Below, in pieces: positions 30,301-38,122 of a DNA stretch of 42,316 nucleotides (position 1 is the stretch's first letter; each line of letters starts with the position of its first letter). The notes beneath the pieces are model-generated. The model made no database searches. It had not been told where the DNA came from and saw only the letters and a list, made by a program, of their open reading frames with translations. The stretch spans positions 1 to 42,316 of the forward strand of contig JBFZBL010000092.1 in NCBI GenBank assembly GCA_041308485.1. The letters are read 5' to 3'. Source of the stretch: Phycisphaerae bacterium (lineage in GTDB: Bacteria > Planctomycetota > Phycisphaerae > Sedimentisphaerales > Anaerobacaceae). The position numbers and the translations under genes were made by a program.

Positions 30301-31497
30301 ATGAAATTATGGCTTCTGCTTATAGTTGTCGTATTTGTGCTCTCAGCGTTTTCGTGCAAATCAATTTTCGCGGCGGCGGCGCTTCCGCCGGCGAATTATG
30401 ATGAGGCGAAAGTCCCCAGTTTTACGTTGCCCGACCCGCTTATTATGCTCAATGGGGACAAGGTCAAAGATGCTGATACATGGAAGCAGAAGCGTAGGCC
30501 CGAGATTCTCAAATTATTCGAAACCAATGTTTACGGCCGCACAATGATTGGCAGACCTGATGGTATGACCTGGAAAGTCATCGCGGAAAACCGCTCCGAT
30601 ATGAACGGCCTCGCTATAACCAAAACAGTAACAATTTATTTCACGGGCAAGGATGACGGCCCGAAGATGGACGTGAATATCGTTTTGCCAGCCAGCGCCG
30701 CTAAAAAACCGGTGCCGTTAGTTGCTATCGTAGAATGGGCTCCCCAAAAGCAGTGGCTTCTCGACCGCGGCTATGGTCTGGCGACGTTCGGTGCAGCGCA
30801 GATTGAGCCGGATATACAACATGGTTCTTATCAAAAGAGCATCCGCAAATTTTTTGCCAAACCCGACCAGAATGAACCCGGCCCGGACGAATGGGGCGCA
30901 ATAGGCGCCTGGGCTTGGGGTTTGAGCCGGGCGATGGATTATATCGTTACCGATAAGGATATCGACGCCAACAAGGTCTGTGTTTCGGGCTTTTCGCGTT
31001 TCGGCAAGACGGCGGTGTGGGCAGGCGCCCAGGACCAGCGATTCGCGATTATTTTCGCCGGTGAAGCGGGCTGCGGCGGGGCGGCTTTAGTCCGTCGCGG
31101 ATTCGGTGAAACGGTCAAGGTAATCAACATCAAGTTTCCTCACTGGTTTTGCGGAAATTTCAAAAGTTACGGCGATCGCGTAAATGACCTCCCCGTCGAC
31201 TGGCACATGCTCGTTGCCCTGATGGCTCCTCGTCCTATTTATATCGCGGCAGCCGAGCAGGATTTATGGGGCGACCCGAGAGGCTGTTTCCTCTCCGGCA
31301 AATACGCTGAGCCGGTCTATCAGCTATTCGGCAAAAAAGGTCTCGGCGTGGAAGATATGCCTCCGCTTGAAACACCGGTAGGCGACACAATTGGCTATCA
31401 TATTCGCAAAGGCAAGCATGCCTTAAACGAATACGACTGGGAGCAGTTCCTGAATTTCGCTGACAGGCACTTCGGAATCAAGACGATTAAAAAATAA
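30301..31497 (+). CDS. carbohydrate esterase family 15-like (glucuronoyl methylesterase-type) secreted protein
   Basis: The ATG at 30301 encodes a signal peptide MKLWLLLIVVVFVLSAFSC. VSGFSRFGKTAVWAG matches the CE15 G-C/F-S-R-x-G-K nucleophile motif. HIRKGKHALNEYDW gives the C-terminal His region. Starts 3 nt after the GH9 stop. Confidence 0.7.
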   Translation: MKLWLLLIVVVFVLSAFSCKSIFAAAALPPANYDEAKVPSFTLPDPLIMLNGDKVKDADTWKQKRRPEILKLFETNVYGRTMIGRPDGMTWKVIAENRSDMNGLAITKTVTIYFTGKDDGPKMDVNIVLPASAAKKPVPLVAIVEWAPQKQWLLDRGYGLATFGAAQIEPDIQHGSYQKSIRKFFAKPDQNEPGPDEWGAIGAWAWGLSRAMDYIVTDKDIDANKVCVSGFSRFGKTAVWAGAQDQRFAIIFAGEAGCGGAALVRRGFGETVKVINIKFPHWFCGNFKSYGDRVNDLPVDWHMLVALMAPRPIYIAAAEQDLWGDPRGCFLSGKYAEPVYQLFGKKGLGVEDMPPLETPVGDTIGYHIRKGKHALNEYDWEQFLNFADRHFGIKTIKK

Positions 31498-31660
31498 GCC
31501 CTGTTTTTAGCCTGTTCAGATAATAGTTGTTTTTGGGCGGCGGTTTCAGCGGTTAATTTTTTAATATTTTTTTTGGATTTTTCGAACTCTATAAATATCC
31601 CTTCGTATAAATCTCAGAAAAATAAAATTCATCACTCTCCTCCTTGAGAAAAAAATATGA

Positions 31661-31709
31661 GGAAGGGCGGCGAAAGCGAAACTAAGCCGCTCTTCCTTGT
31701 TTTGTATTT
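31661..31709 (+). other. 11-bp hairpin followed by a T-rich tract in a non-coding gap
   Basis: GGAAGGGCGGC (31661-31671) pairs with GCCGCTCTTCC (31686-31696) with one G-T pair and a 14-nt loop, followed by TTGTTTTGTATTT. Confidence 0.4.
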
Positions 31710-31827
31710 GCCAATACCATCAAAATCGCCCTAAAACCTTTGCCGCCGCAGGTGAACAGTCGTCAAATATCGGCGTATAAAAAAATGAAAAGGAATACGG
31801 ATATTTTCCTCCTCTTTTCAAATTACG

Positions 31828-31872
31828 GGAAGGCAGTGTAAAGGGAAATGAAGACGCCTTCCTCTTTTTTTA
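31828..31872 (+). terminator. terminator-like hairpin plus T7 tract
   Basis: GGAAGGC (31828-31834) pairs with GCCTTCC (31856-31862) across a 21-nt loop, then TCTTTTTTT. Confidence 0.4.
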
Positions 31873-31972
31873 TGCCGTCAAAAAAGTTTGAATATTTCGG
31901 AACCAGCCATTAGGGGACTGCGTATAGATAATAGAAAAGTAAGTCTTCTTCTCTTCTCAATACTCGTGGGGG

Positions 31973-32004
31973 GCGACGCCGGTGGTTATGGCGTCGCTTT
32001 TTTT
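31973..32004 (+). terminator. strong intrinsic terminator with no annotated upstream gene
   Basis: GCGACGCC (31973-31980) pairs with GGCGTCGC (31990-31997) across a 9-nt loop, followed by seven T (31998-32004). It lies 476 nt downstream of the CE15 stop. Confidence 0.6.
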
Positions 32005-32013
32005 GTTTCTGCT

Positions 32014-32078
32014 GATGATAAAAAAATACCCCGAAGTATGTCCTCCTCCATCGAAACTTTAGTGAGTAAACTTCGGGG
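32014..32078 (-). terminator. probable dnaA terminator
   Basis: On the minus strand CCCCGAAGT (32078-32070) pairs with ACTTCGGGG (32037-32029), followed by TATTTTTTT. The loop is long (32 nt). Confidence 0.45.
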
Positions 32079-32086
32079 TTAAACGT

Positions 32087-33556
32087 TTATTGTATGCTTT
32101 TTTCAAGCTGTTCGAGGATAGTCGCGGCGCCGGCGACGCGATTGCCGGTTGGACCCTGCCAGTTAAGCTGGGTATTGCCGGCTATTTGCTCCTCGACTTT
32201 TTTGCACGCCACCAGGACCGTCGCGTGGTTCTTATTGCCTAAAAGCCGGCCAATCTCCGATGATGACATTCGCGTATGCTTTCTCGCAAGATACATGCTG
32301 AAGTGTCTTGCCAGGGCGACGGTTCGGTCCTTTTTCGAAGAGTGGATTGCCGCGGACGTGATGCCGAAGAATGCGGCAACTGCCGATTCGATATCCGATA
32401 AATGCACGGTCGGGTCGCAGCGTTCGATGTGCTCGGTCAGCACTTCTTGCGCCATGCCCAGACTGATTTTGGTGTTCTGCAGCGACGCGAAGGCGACCAG
32501 TTTCAGTATCGCCCCCTGCAGCTCGCGTATGTTGCTGCGGAGGTGCTCGGCGACACAGCAGATTACCTCTTCCGGGACGTGTTTTTTCATCGTTTTGGCG
32601 TACTGTCTGCAAATCTCGCAGCGGGTCCTGAAATCCGGCTGTTCAATCTTTACCACCATCCCCGACACGAACCGGTTTATCAGTTTTTCTGAAATCTGGG
32701 TAATCATTTTCGGATGCGAGTCGGAGGCAAGTATCACCTGCCTGCCGGCCAAATCCAGCGCGTTATAAGAATGCAGGAATTCCTCCTGCGTTGCGGGCTT
32801 GCTGGCCAGGAAGTGAATGTCGTCAATAGCCAACAAATCCGTTTGTCGGATGCGACTGCGAAAAGCATCCAGCTTTCTCGTCTTCAAGGCCAGCACAAAT
32901 TGATTAGCAAAGTCTTCCGCCGACATATACAGCCAGTTGGCTGCCGGTCTGGTTCGACGCAGTTCCATGCATATCCCTTGCAGCAGATGCGTTTTGCCGA
33001 GGCCATACCCTCCGTGGAAGAACAGCGGATTGAAAGGGCTTTGCTTATCGTTGATAACCGCTTTCGCGGCGTTAAAGGCAAGTTCATTGGATTGGCCGAC
33101 TACGAAGGTGTCTAAGGAGAGCTTGAGACGCTGGCCTGCGGGAGCAAGCCTTTGCATCATCGGCGTTTCGATTCTGCCCGTGGCGGGCAAGGCGGCCCCT
33201 GCAGCGGCCGGTTTGGCCTGCCAGTCGAATGCCGCGGGTCTGTGGTTGTCGCAAAGCTGCGAGTCAACGGCGAAGCATACTTGGCAGTCGTTGCCCGCGA
33301 CGGCGCGGGCCGCCTCGGTAACTTGTGTGCTGAAATGGCTTTCGAGCCAGGTTGCTATGAATGGATTTATAACGCCAATTTTCAAGAGACCATCCGAAAG
33401 TGTCAGTCGTGTCGAGTTCTTAAACCATATTCGAAATTTTTGCTGCCCGATTTTTTCCGCGATAGCGTCGTTAATGGCGCTGACCGCGGATTCCGCCGAG
33501 CGGACTTCCACGCACTTAGTCGAAGTGCGGATGTCCTCCTTGACAATACCCTGCAT
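32087..33556 (-). CDS. dnaA: chromosomal replication initiator DnaA
   Basis: Domain I, an Ala/Pro-rich linker, an AAA+ domain with FFHGGYGLGKTHLL (Walker A) and LAIDDIHFL (Walker B), and the domain IV DNA-binding helix (ARHFSMYLARKHT...EIGRLLGNKNHATVLVACKKV). Confidence 0.95.
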   Translation of the reverse strand: MQGIVKEDIRTSTKCVEVRSAESAVSAINDAIAEKIGQQKFRIWFKNSTRLTLSDGLLKIGVINPFIATWLESHFSTQVTEAARAVAGNDCQVCFAVDSQLCDNHRPAAFDWQAKPAAAGAALPATGRIETPMMQRLAPAGQRLKLSLDTFVVGQSNELAFNAAKAVINDKQSPFNPLFFHGGYGLGKTHLLQGICMELRRTRPAANWLYMSAEDFANQFVLALKTRKLDAFRSRIRQTDLLAIDDIHFLASKPATQEEFLHSYNALDLAGRQVILASDSHPKMITQISEKLINRFVSGMVVKIEQPDFRTRCEICRQYAKTMKKHVPEEVICCVAEHLRSNIRELQGAILKLVAFASLQNTKISLGMAQEVLTEHIERCDPTVHLSDIESAVAAFFGITSAAIHSSKKDRTVALARHFSMYLARKHTRMSSSEIGRLLGNKNHATVLVACKKVEEQIAGNTQLNWQGPTGNRVAGAATILEQLEKSIQ

Positions 33557-33821
33557 TTTCGTTTCTCCGTGTCCGTTCTTCGCGGCTAAACTCCCGCACA
33601 GAACGGATTAAGCAGCCACTTGTTAAGTTTTTCTCGCGTCTCCATACGCTGGAAATCGCACTACGTTGCGCGGTTCAATTTTACTCACCGCTAACAGAAC
33701 AACCGCAATTATTAGTAGTATGCAAACTGAATCAATCGCGTTTCTTTAATTTTCTTTTCAACTTGTTCGATGTCCCGGCGGGCAATAGGGTTGCGACCGA
33801 AAAATTTTTACATTTAACAGC

Positions 33822-33864
33822 TTATGCACAACGTAAGTGCTTGTTGTGGAAAAGCAGTGGATTA
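33822..33864. promoter_or_regulatory. cluster of DnaA-box-like 9-mers upstream of dnaA
   Basis: TTATGCACA (33822-33830) fits TTATNCACA. TGTGGAAAA (33845-33853) has 1 mismatch to TGTGGATAA. AGTGGATTA (33856-33864) has 2 mismatches. The cluster lies in a 519-nt intergenic region with AT-rich stretches. Confidence 0.4.
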
Positions 33865-34075
33865 GGGTTTGATATTTTCTTCGACACGAAATCGCGCAAG
33901 AAAAGTTTATTCATCCGCGAAAAAAAGTTGACAGCGACTATTCGAGTTGCCAAGGGGGGATTTAAGCCCGGCAACAGTCAATTTACTGTTGTATTTTACC
34001 GTCTTATACTTGTAGAATTGCCACAGCTTCCATATTTGTAAACATAAAAGGAACCGGATTATCAGGGGCAGCCAA

Positions 34076-35023
34076 ATGAAACGGATTCTGGTAACAGGGG
34101 GAGCGGGCTTTATTGGTTCTCATCTCTGTGAGCGTCTGCTCAAAGATGGAAACGAGGTTCTTTGTGTTGATAACTATTTCACCGGCAGAAGAGAGAACGT
34201 CTCGGAACTCATTTGTAATCCGCGCTTTGAAGTTATGTGTCACGATGTAACGTTTCCTCTTTACGTGGAGACCGACGAGATATACAACCTTGCCTGTCCG
34301 GCTTCCCCGATTCATTACCAGCTCGACCCCGTTCAGACGACAAAAACAAGCGTCCATGGTGCAATCAATATGCTGGGACTTGCCAAGAGGTTAAAAGCGA
34401 AAATCTTCCAGGCATCCACGAGCGAGATTTACGGCGACCCCCAAATCCATCCGCAGACCGAGACATACTGGGGACATTCCAACCCAATAGGCCCGCGTTC
34501 CTGTTACGACGAAGGCAAAAGGTGCGCTGAGACACTGTTCTTCGATTATTATCGCCAGCACAAACTCCGCATAAAAGTCGCCCGCATCTTCAACACTTAT
34601 GGTCCTCGAATGCATGTTAACGATGGGCGGGTCGTTTCGAACTTTATCATTCAGGCCCTTAAGAATGAGCCTATCACCATTTATGGCGACGGCTCCCAGA
34701 CCCGTTCGTTTTGTTACGTAAGCGACCAGATTGACGCCTTCATCGGCCTTATGAACACCGCGGATGATTTTACCGGCCCCATTAACCTCGGCAATCCAGA
34801 GGAAATCACGATTCTTGAGCTGGCCCGGACAATAATCGACCTCACAGGTTCAAGCTCTTCATTAATCCATAAGGCACTGCCCTGCGATGACCCGAAGCAG
34901 CGATGTCCGGACATAAGCCTTGCCAAAGCCAAACTCGGCTGGCAGCCCGTTGTCGGCCTTCGTGAGGGTCTGAAGCGAACAATCGCATATTTTGACCGGC
35001 TGCTGGGCCAAAAAGGGCAGTGA
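34076..35023 (+). CDS. UDP-glucuronate decarboxylase (UDP-xylose synthase), SDR family
   Basis: [21 protein letters not shown] (Rossmann GxxGxxG), [32 protein letters not shown] (YxxxK) and [11 protein letters not shown] are typical UXS blocks. Confidence 0.9.
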   Translation: MKRILVTGGAGFIGSHLCERLLKDGNEVLCVDNYFTGRRENVSELICNPRFEVMCHDVTFPLYVETDEIYNLACPASPIHYQLDPVQTTKTSVHGAINMLGLAKRLKAKIFQASTSEIYGDPQIHPQTETYWGHSNPIGPRSCYDEGKRCAETLFFDYYRQHKLRIKVARIFNTYGPRMHVNDGRVVSNFIIQALKNEPITIYGDGSQTRSFCYVSDQIDAFIGLMNTADDFTGPINLGNPEEITILELARTIIDLTGSSSSLIHKALPCDDPKQRCPDISLAKAKLGWQPVVGLREGLKRTIAYFDRLLGQKGQ

Positions 35024-35050
35024 GCAATAGTCCCAGAATAACCTGACCAG

Positions 35051-35090
35051 TCCTCAAAAAACTCGAAAAAACCCCAAAAATCCAAGAAAA
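35051..35090. promoter_or_regulatory. four A5-6 tracts phased at exactly 10 bp (intrinsic-bend / UP-element-like)
   Basis: CCTCAAAAAA CTCGAAAAAA CCCCAAAAAT CCAAGAAAAA, immediately upstream of a -35 element. Confidence 0.6.
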
Positions 35091-35094
35091 ACCT

Positions 35095-35123
35095 CTTTAC
35101 ACAGAGCTCGAAATATGGTATAT
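35095..35123 (+). promoter_or_regulatory. sigma70-like promoter for the PEP-CTERM gene array
   Basis: TTTACA (35095-35100), 17 nt, TATATT (35118-35123). It lies about 110 nt upstream of the first PEP-CTERM ATG. Confidence 0.5.
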
Positions 35124-35234
35124 TAGAAATACTTGGGGAAGGAATGAGCCATCTTTTCGTGGAAAGTATCTTTGTATTTGCAGCAGGGATCTTTTAACCA
35201 ATAACGGTTGTCGTTTATACGATAGGAGAAAAAG

Positions 35235-35933
35235 ATGCTCAGATTTTTGAGGAAATTTCGCAAAAGTTTCAAAACAGCATGCCTGACCGCGGCTCTGGCA
35301 ACATGCTGGCAGGTAGGGCAGCCGGCAAAAGCTGACTGGGGTGACTGGAATGAGGTTACTTTTAGGCTAACCGGAACGGTCACACCAACTCAACACAATG
35401 TCTCAAATTTGTATCTTCTCTATGGTTTGAATAATTCGTACGTACGAGAATTTTCTTATATAAGTCTCGGAAATTTCCCAGCCGGGGTCATTAGTAACTT
35501 ATCCATAGATATGACAGTGCCATATGATGAAAGCATCTTTGATAGTGATGACAAAAATGTGTATTGGGAAGCTGTAGGCCTTTATGGAGATATCAGCGGC
35601 GGGTACGACGACAAAAAAAATGGTGTGACATTAGGGATAAATGCCGCTGTAGGTGACCCATGGAGTTCACATACTTGGCGTGATGAAGGAGAGGTATTCA
35701 GCCGGCTTATAGATAACCAGGATTCTCATCAATGGGATAGTGGTTTTCATCCCTGGTATCCCATTGATTTCCAATATCATTCTTTCAATCTTACAATTAA
35801 CTTATTTGATTTTTCAAATGCCAGCTACAACGGGCAGGTTCAGTTAAATTTAGAGGTTGTACCTGAGCCGGTAACAATTATTCTGTTCGGGACAGGCGGA
35901 TTGATAGTTGCTGCCTTCCGCCGGCGGAGGTAG
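35235..35933 (+). CDS. PEP-CTERM sorting-domain protein, paralog 1
   Basis: Signal peptide MLRFLRKFRKSFKTACLTAALATCWQVGQPAKA. Conserved core AVGLYGDISGG...NGVTLG. C-terminal VPEPVTIILFGTGGLIVAAFRRRR (PEP motif, TM, Arg cluster). SD GGAG upstream. Confidence 0.85.
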   Translation: MLRFLRKFRKSFKTACLTAALATCWQVGQPAKADWGDWNEVTFRLTGTVTPTQHNVSNLYLLYGLNNSYVREFSYISLGNFPAGVISNLSIDMTVPYDESIFDSDDKNVYWEAVGLYGDISGGYDDKKNGVTLGINAAVGDPWSSHTWRDEGEVFSRLIDNQDSHQWDSGFHPWYPIDFQYHSFNLTINLFDFSNASYNGQVQLNLEVVPEPVTIILFGTGGLIVAAFRRRR

Positions 35934-35968
35934 CAATTATTGCTTTTTTTTGACAGAGGAGAAAAAAG

Positions 35969-36643
35969 GTGCTCAAGTTTCTGAGAAAGTTTCGAAAGAA
36001 GTTCAGGACGGCTTGCCTTACAGCAACGCTGGCAACCTGCTGGCAGGTGGGCGAGGCGGCAAAGGCAGATACGCCAAACTGGGGGGATGATATTACTATT
36101 AAATTTTCAGGAACTGTATCCCCGACGGTTAAAGACATATCCCATTTATTTCTTGTTTACGGAACAGGATATTCCTTCATTAATTTTGGTCCATGGAATA
36201 TAAAGCTCGGTGATTTCCCCGCAGGGCAGAGCATTTCTTTCTCAGTACAGGGGCCGGCAAGTTACGATTCTGATTTGTTTTGGATCGTTGCGGGTCTTTA
36301 TGGTGATATAAGCAGCGGCAGGTACATCGAAGGAGTTAATGGTGTTACTTTGGGGTTGGAGCCTGGTTCCACCATCGATGGCTGGATCTGGGACTGGAAA
36401 CTGACAGAGCAGGATGCATTTGATTACCTTTTAAATGATTCGCCGGGAAACGCTTTTTTGATATCGGCAATGCGGGAAGAGGTAGGCCTGGAGCTTACCA
36501 ACACAAGTAATTTGTTTAATTTCTCTGGTCTGACTTATAACGGACAAATCCAAATTCAAACTGAAATTGTTCCTGAGCCGGTAAGCATAATCTTGTTCGG
36601 GACAGGCGGATTGATAGTTACTCGCTTGCGCCGGCGGACATAG
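35969..36643 (+). CDS. PEP-CTERM sorting-domain protein, paralog 2
   Basis: GTG start after GAGGAGAAAAAAG. Same signal peptide family. C-terminal VPEPVSIILFGTGGLIVTRLRRRT. Confidence 0.85.
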   Translation: MLKFLRKFRKKFRTACLTATLATCWQVGEAAKADTPNWGDDITIKFSGTVSPTVKDISHLFLVYGTGYSFINFGPWNIKLGDFPAGQSISFSVQGPASYDSDLFWIVAGLYGDISSGRYIEGVNGVTLGLEPGSTIDGWIWDWKLTEQDAFDYLLNDSPGNAFLISAMREEVGLELTNTSNLFNFSGLTYNGQIQIQTEIVPEPVSIILFGTGGLIVTRLRRRT

Positions 36644-36676
36644 TGATTTTGCTGTTTTTGAGAGCGGAGAAAAAAG

Positions 36677-37369
36677 ATGCTCAAGTTTCTGAGAAAGTTT
36701 CGAAAGAAATTCAGGACGGCCTGTCTTACGGCAGCATTAGCAACCTGCTGGCAGGTAGGTCAGGCAGCAAAGGCGGATACGCCCAACTGGGGAGATGAGG
36801 TTACTCTTAAATTTACCGGGACAGTTTCACCTTCGACAAATGACTTGTCGCACCTGTTTCTTATCTATGGAACGGGTTACTCCGGTTTGACTTGGGGACC
36901 TTGGGTCGTAAAACTCGGCGACATTCCGGCCGGACAAGATGGCTCTTTTTCAGTGCAGGGGCCTGCGCTTTATCATGAAAGCTTATTTTGGGCTGTCGCA
37001 GGTCTTTATGGTGATGTCAGCGGCGGTCAATATATAGCTGGCACCAATGGTGTTACATTAGGCGTCGTTGGCGCAGTGGGTGACACATGGGCTTATCACT
37101 CTTATTGGGTCAGTGAAGAAGAAATGTTTGGCCATCTTCTAAATGACAACACAGCGGCATTGGCGAACGATGGCAACCTTCTTAGCTGGCCGCATATCGA
37201 GTGGTATTGCGGCCTTGAAACCAGCACATCGAGCGACTTGTTTGATTTTTCGCAGGCCAGTAATAACGGGCAGATGGAGATGACATCCCGGATTGTCCCT
37301 GAGCCGGTAAGCATTATCTTGTTCGGGACAGGCGGATTGATAGTTGCTGCCTTGCGCCGGCGGAGGTAG
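36677..37369 (+). CDS. PEP-CTERM sorting-domain protein, paralog 3
   Basis: ATG start after GGAGAAAAAAG. Same signal peptide family. C-terminal VPEPVSIILFGTGGLIVAALRRRR. Confidence 0.85.
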   Translation: MLKFLRKFRKKFRTACLTAALATCWQVGQAAKADTPNWGDEVTLKFTGTVSPSTNDLSHLFLIYGTGYSGLTWGPWVVKLGDIPAGQDGSFSVQGPALYHESLFWAVAGLYGDVSGGQYIAGTNGVTLGVVGAVGDTWAYHSYWVSEEEMFGHLLNDNTAALANDGNLLSWPHIEWYCGLETSTSSDLFDFSQASNNGQMEMTSRIVPEPVSIILFGTGGLIVAALRRRR

Positions 37370-37403
37370 CAATTATTGCTTTTTTTGGCAGAGGAGAAAA
37401 AAG

Positions 37404-38111
37404 GTGCTCAAGTTTCTGAGAAAGTTTCGAAAGAAGTTCAGGACGGCCTGTCTTACGGCGGCATTGGCAACCTGCTGGCAGGTAGGTCAGGCGGCAAATG
37501 CGGAGATTTCTTATCCCAGTTGGGGGGACGAGGTTGCTTTTAAGTTTACCGGAACGGTTTCACCTTCAACGAATAGCTTGTCTCATATGTTTCTTATTTA
37601 TGGGACAGGATCATCCGGCACAATAGATTTCCCTTTAGGTTTCATAGATCTCGGGAGTTTCGAAAAAGAACAGGTGACTTCATTTTCTGCCCTTGGAGAT
37701 GCTCATTACGCTGAATTTGTGTGGTGGTTCACAGCAGGACTATATGGTGACACAAGCAGCGGTCAATATATCCCAGGCACAAATGGTGTTACGCTTGGTA
37801 TATTGGCTTCGGTGGGGGATTCGTGGGATTTTCGAACACCGATTGTCGACGCTGAAACAACTGCCTTTGCATGCCTTTTGAATAATACGCCCGAAAACCT
37901 GACTATTTCGGATTACTGGGAACAAGGCTGGCACATAGATGAACCAGCTTATATGGTTCTAAATGCTTCGAGTGATTTATATGATTTTTCCACGGCTGTG
38001 AAAAATGGTCAAATGGAGTTTACCCTTGAGATTATCCCTGAGCCGGTAAGCATCGTCTTGTTCGGGACAGGCGGGATGATAGTAGTTGCTTTGCGACGCC
38101 GGAATCAGTAA
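37404..38111 (+). CDS. PEP-CTERM sorting-domain protein, paralog 4
   Basis: The GTG at 37404 after GAGGAGAAAAAAG aligns with the starts of paralogs 2 and 3. The listed ORF start at 37344 overlaps paralog 3. C-terminal IPEPVSIVLFGTGGMIVVALRRRNQ. Confidence 0.8.
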   Translation: MLKFLRKFRKKFRTACLTAALATCWQVGQAANAEISYPSWGDEVAFKFTGTVSPSTNSLSHMFLIYGTGSSGTIDFPLGFIDLGSFEKEQVTSFSALGDAHYAEFVWWFTAGLYGDTSSGQYIPGTNGVTLGILASVGDSWDFRTPIVDAETTAFACLLNNTPENLTISDYWEQGWHIDEPAYMVLNASSDLYDFSTAVKNGQMEFTLEIIPEPVSIVLFGTGGMIVVALRRRNQ

Positions 38112-38122
38112 AGTTTCCGTCG

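Noticed and set aside
31888-32082. 64-aa plus-strand ORF in the non-coding gap
   Set aside because: It reads straight through a strong GC hairpin with T7 terminator (31973-32004) and through the dnaA terminator. It has no SD.
31498-32086. Gap downstream of dnaA as oriC
   Set aside because: It is AT-rich, but I found no TTATNCACA-like box on either strand there. The hairpin plus T-tract modules fit transcription-related elements better.
32094-33611. Two 224-aa plus-strand ORFs (32094..32768 and 32937..33611), with several shorter ORFs on both strands in the same span
   Set aside because: The two 224-aa ORFs lie antisense inside dnaA, whose Walker A/B and domain IV motifs are unambiguous. The shorter ORFs are in other frames of the same gene.
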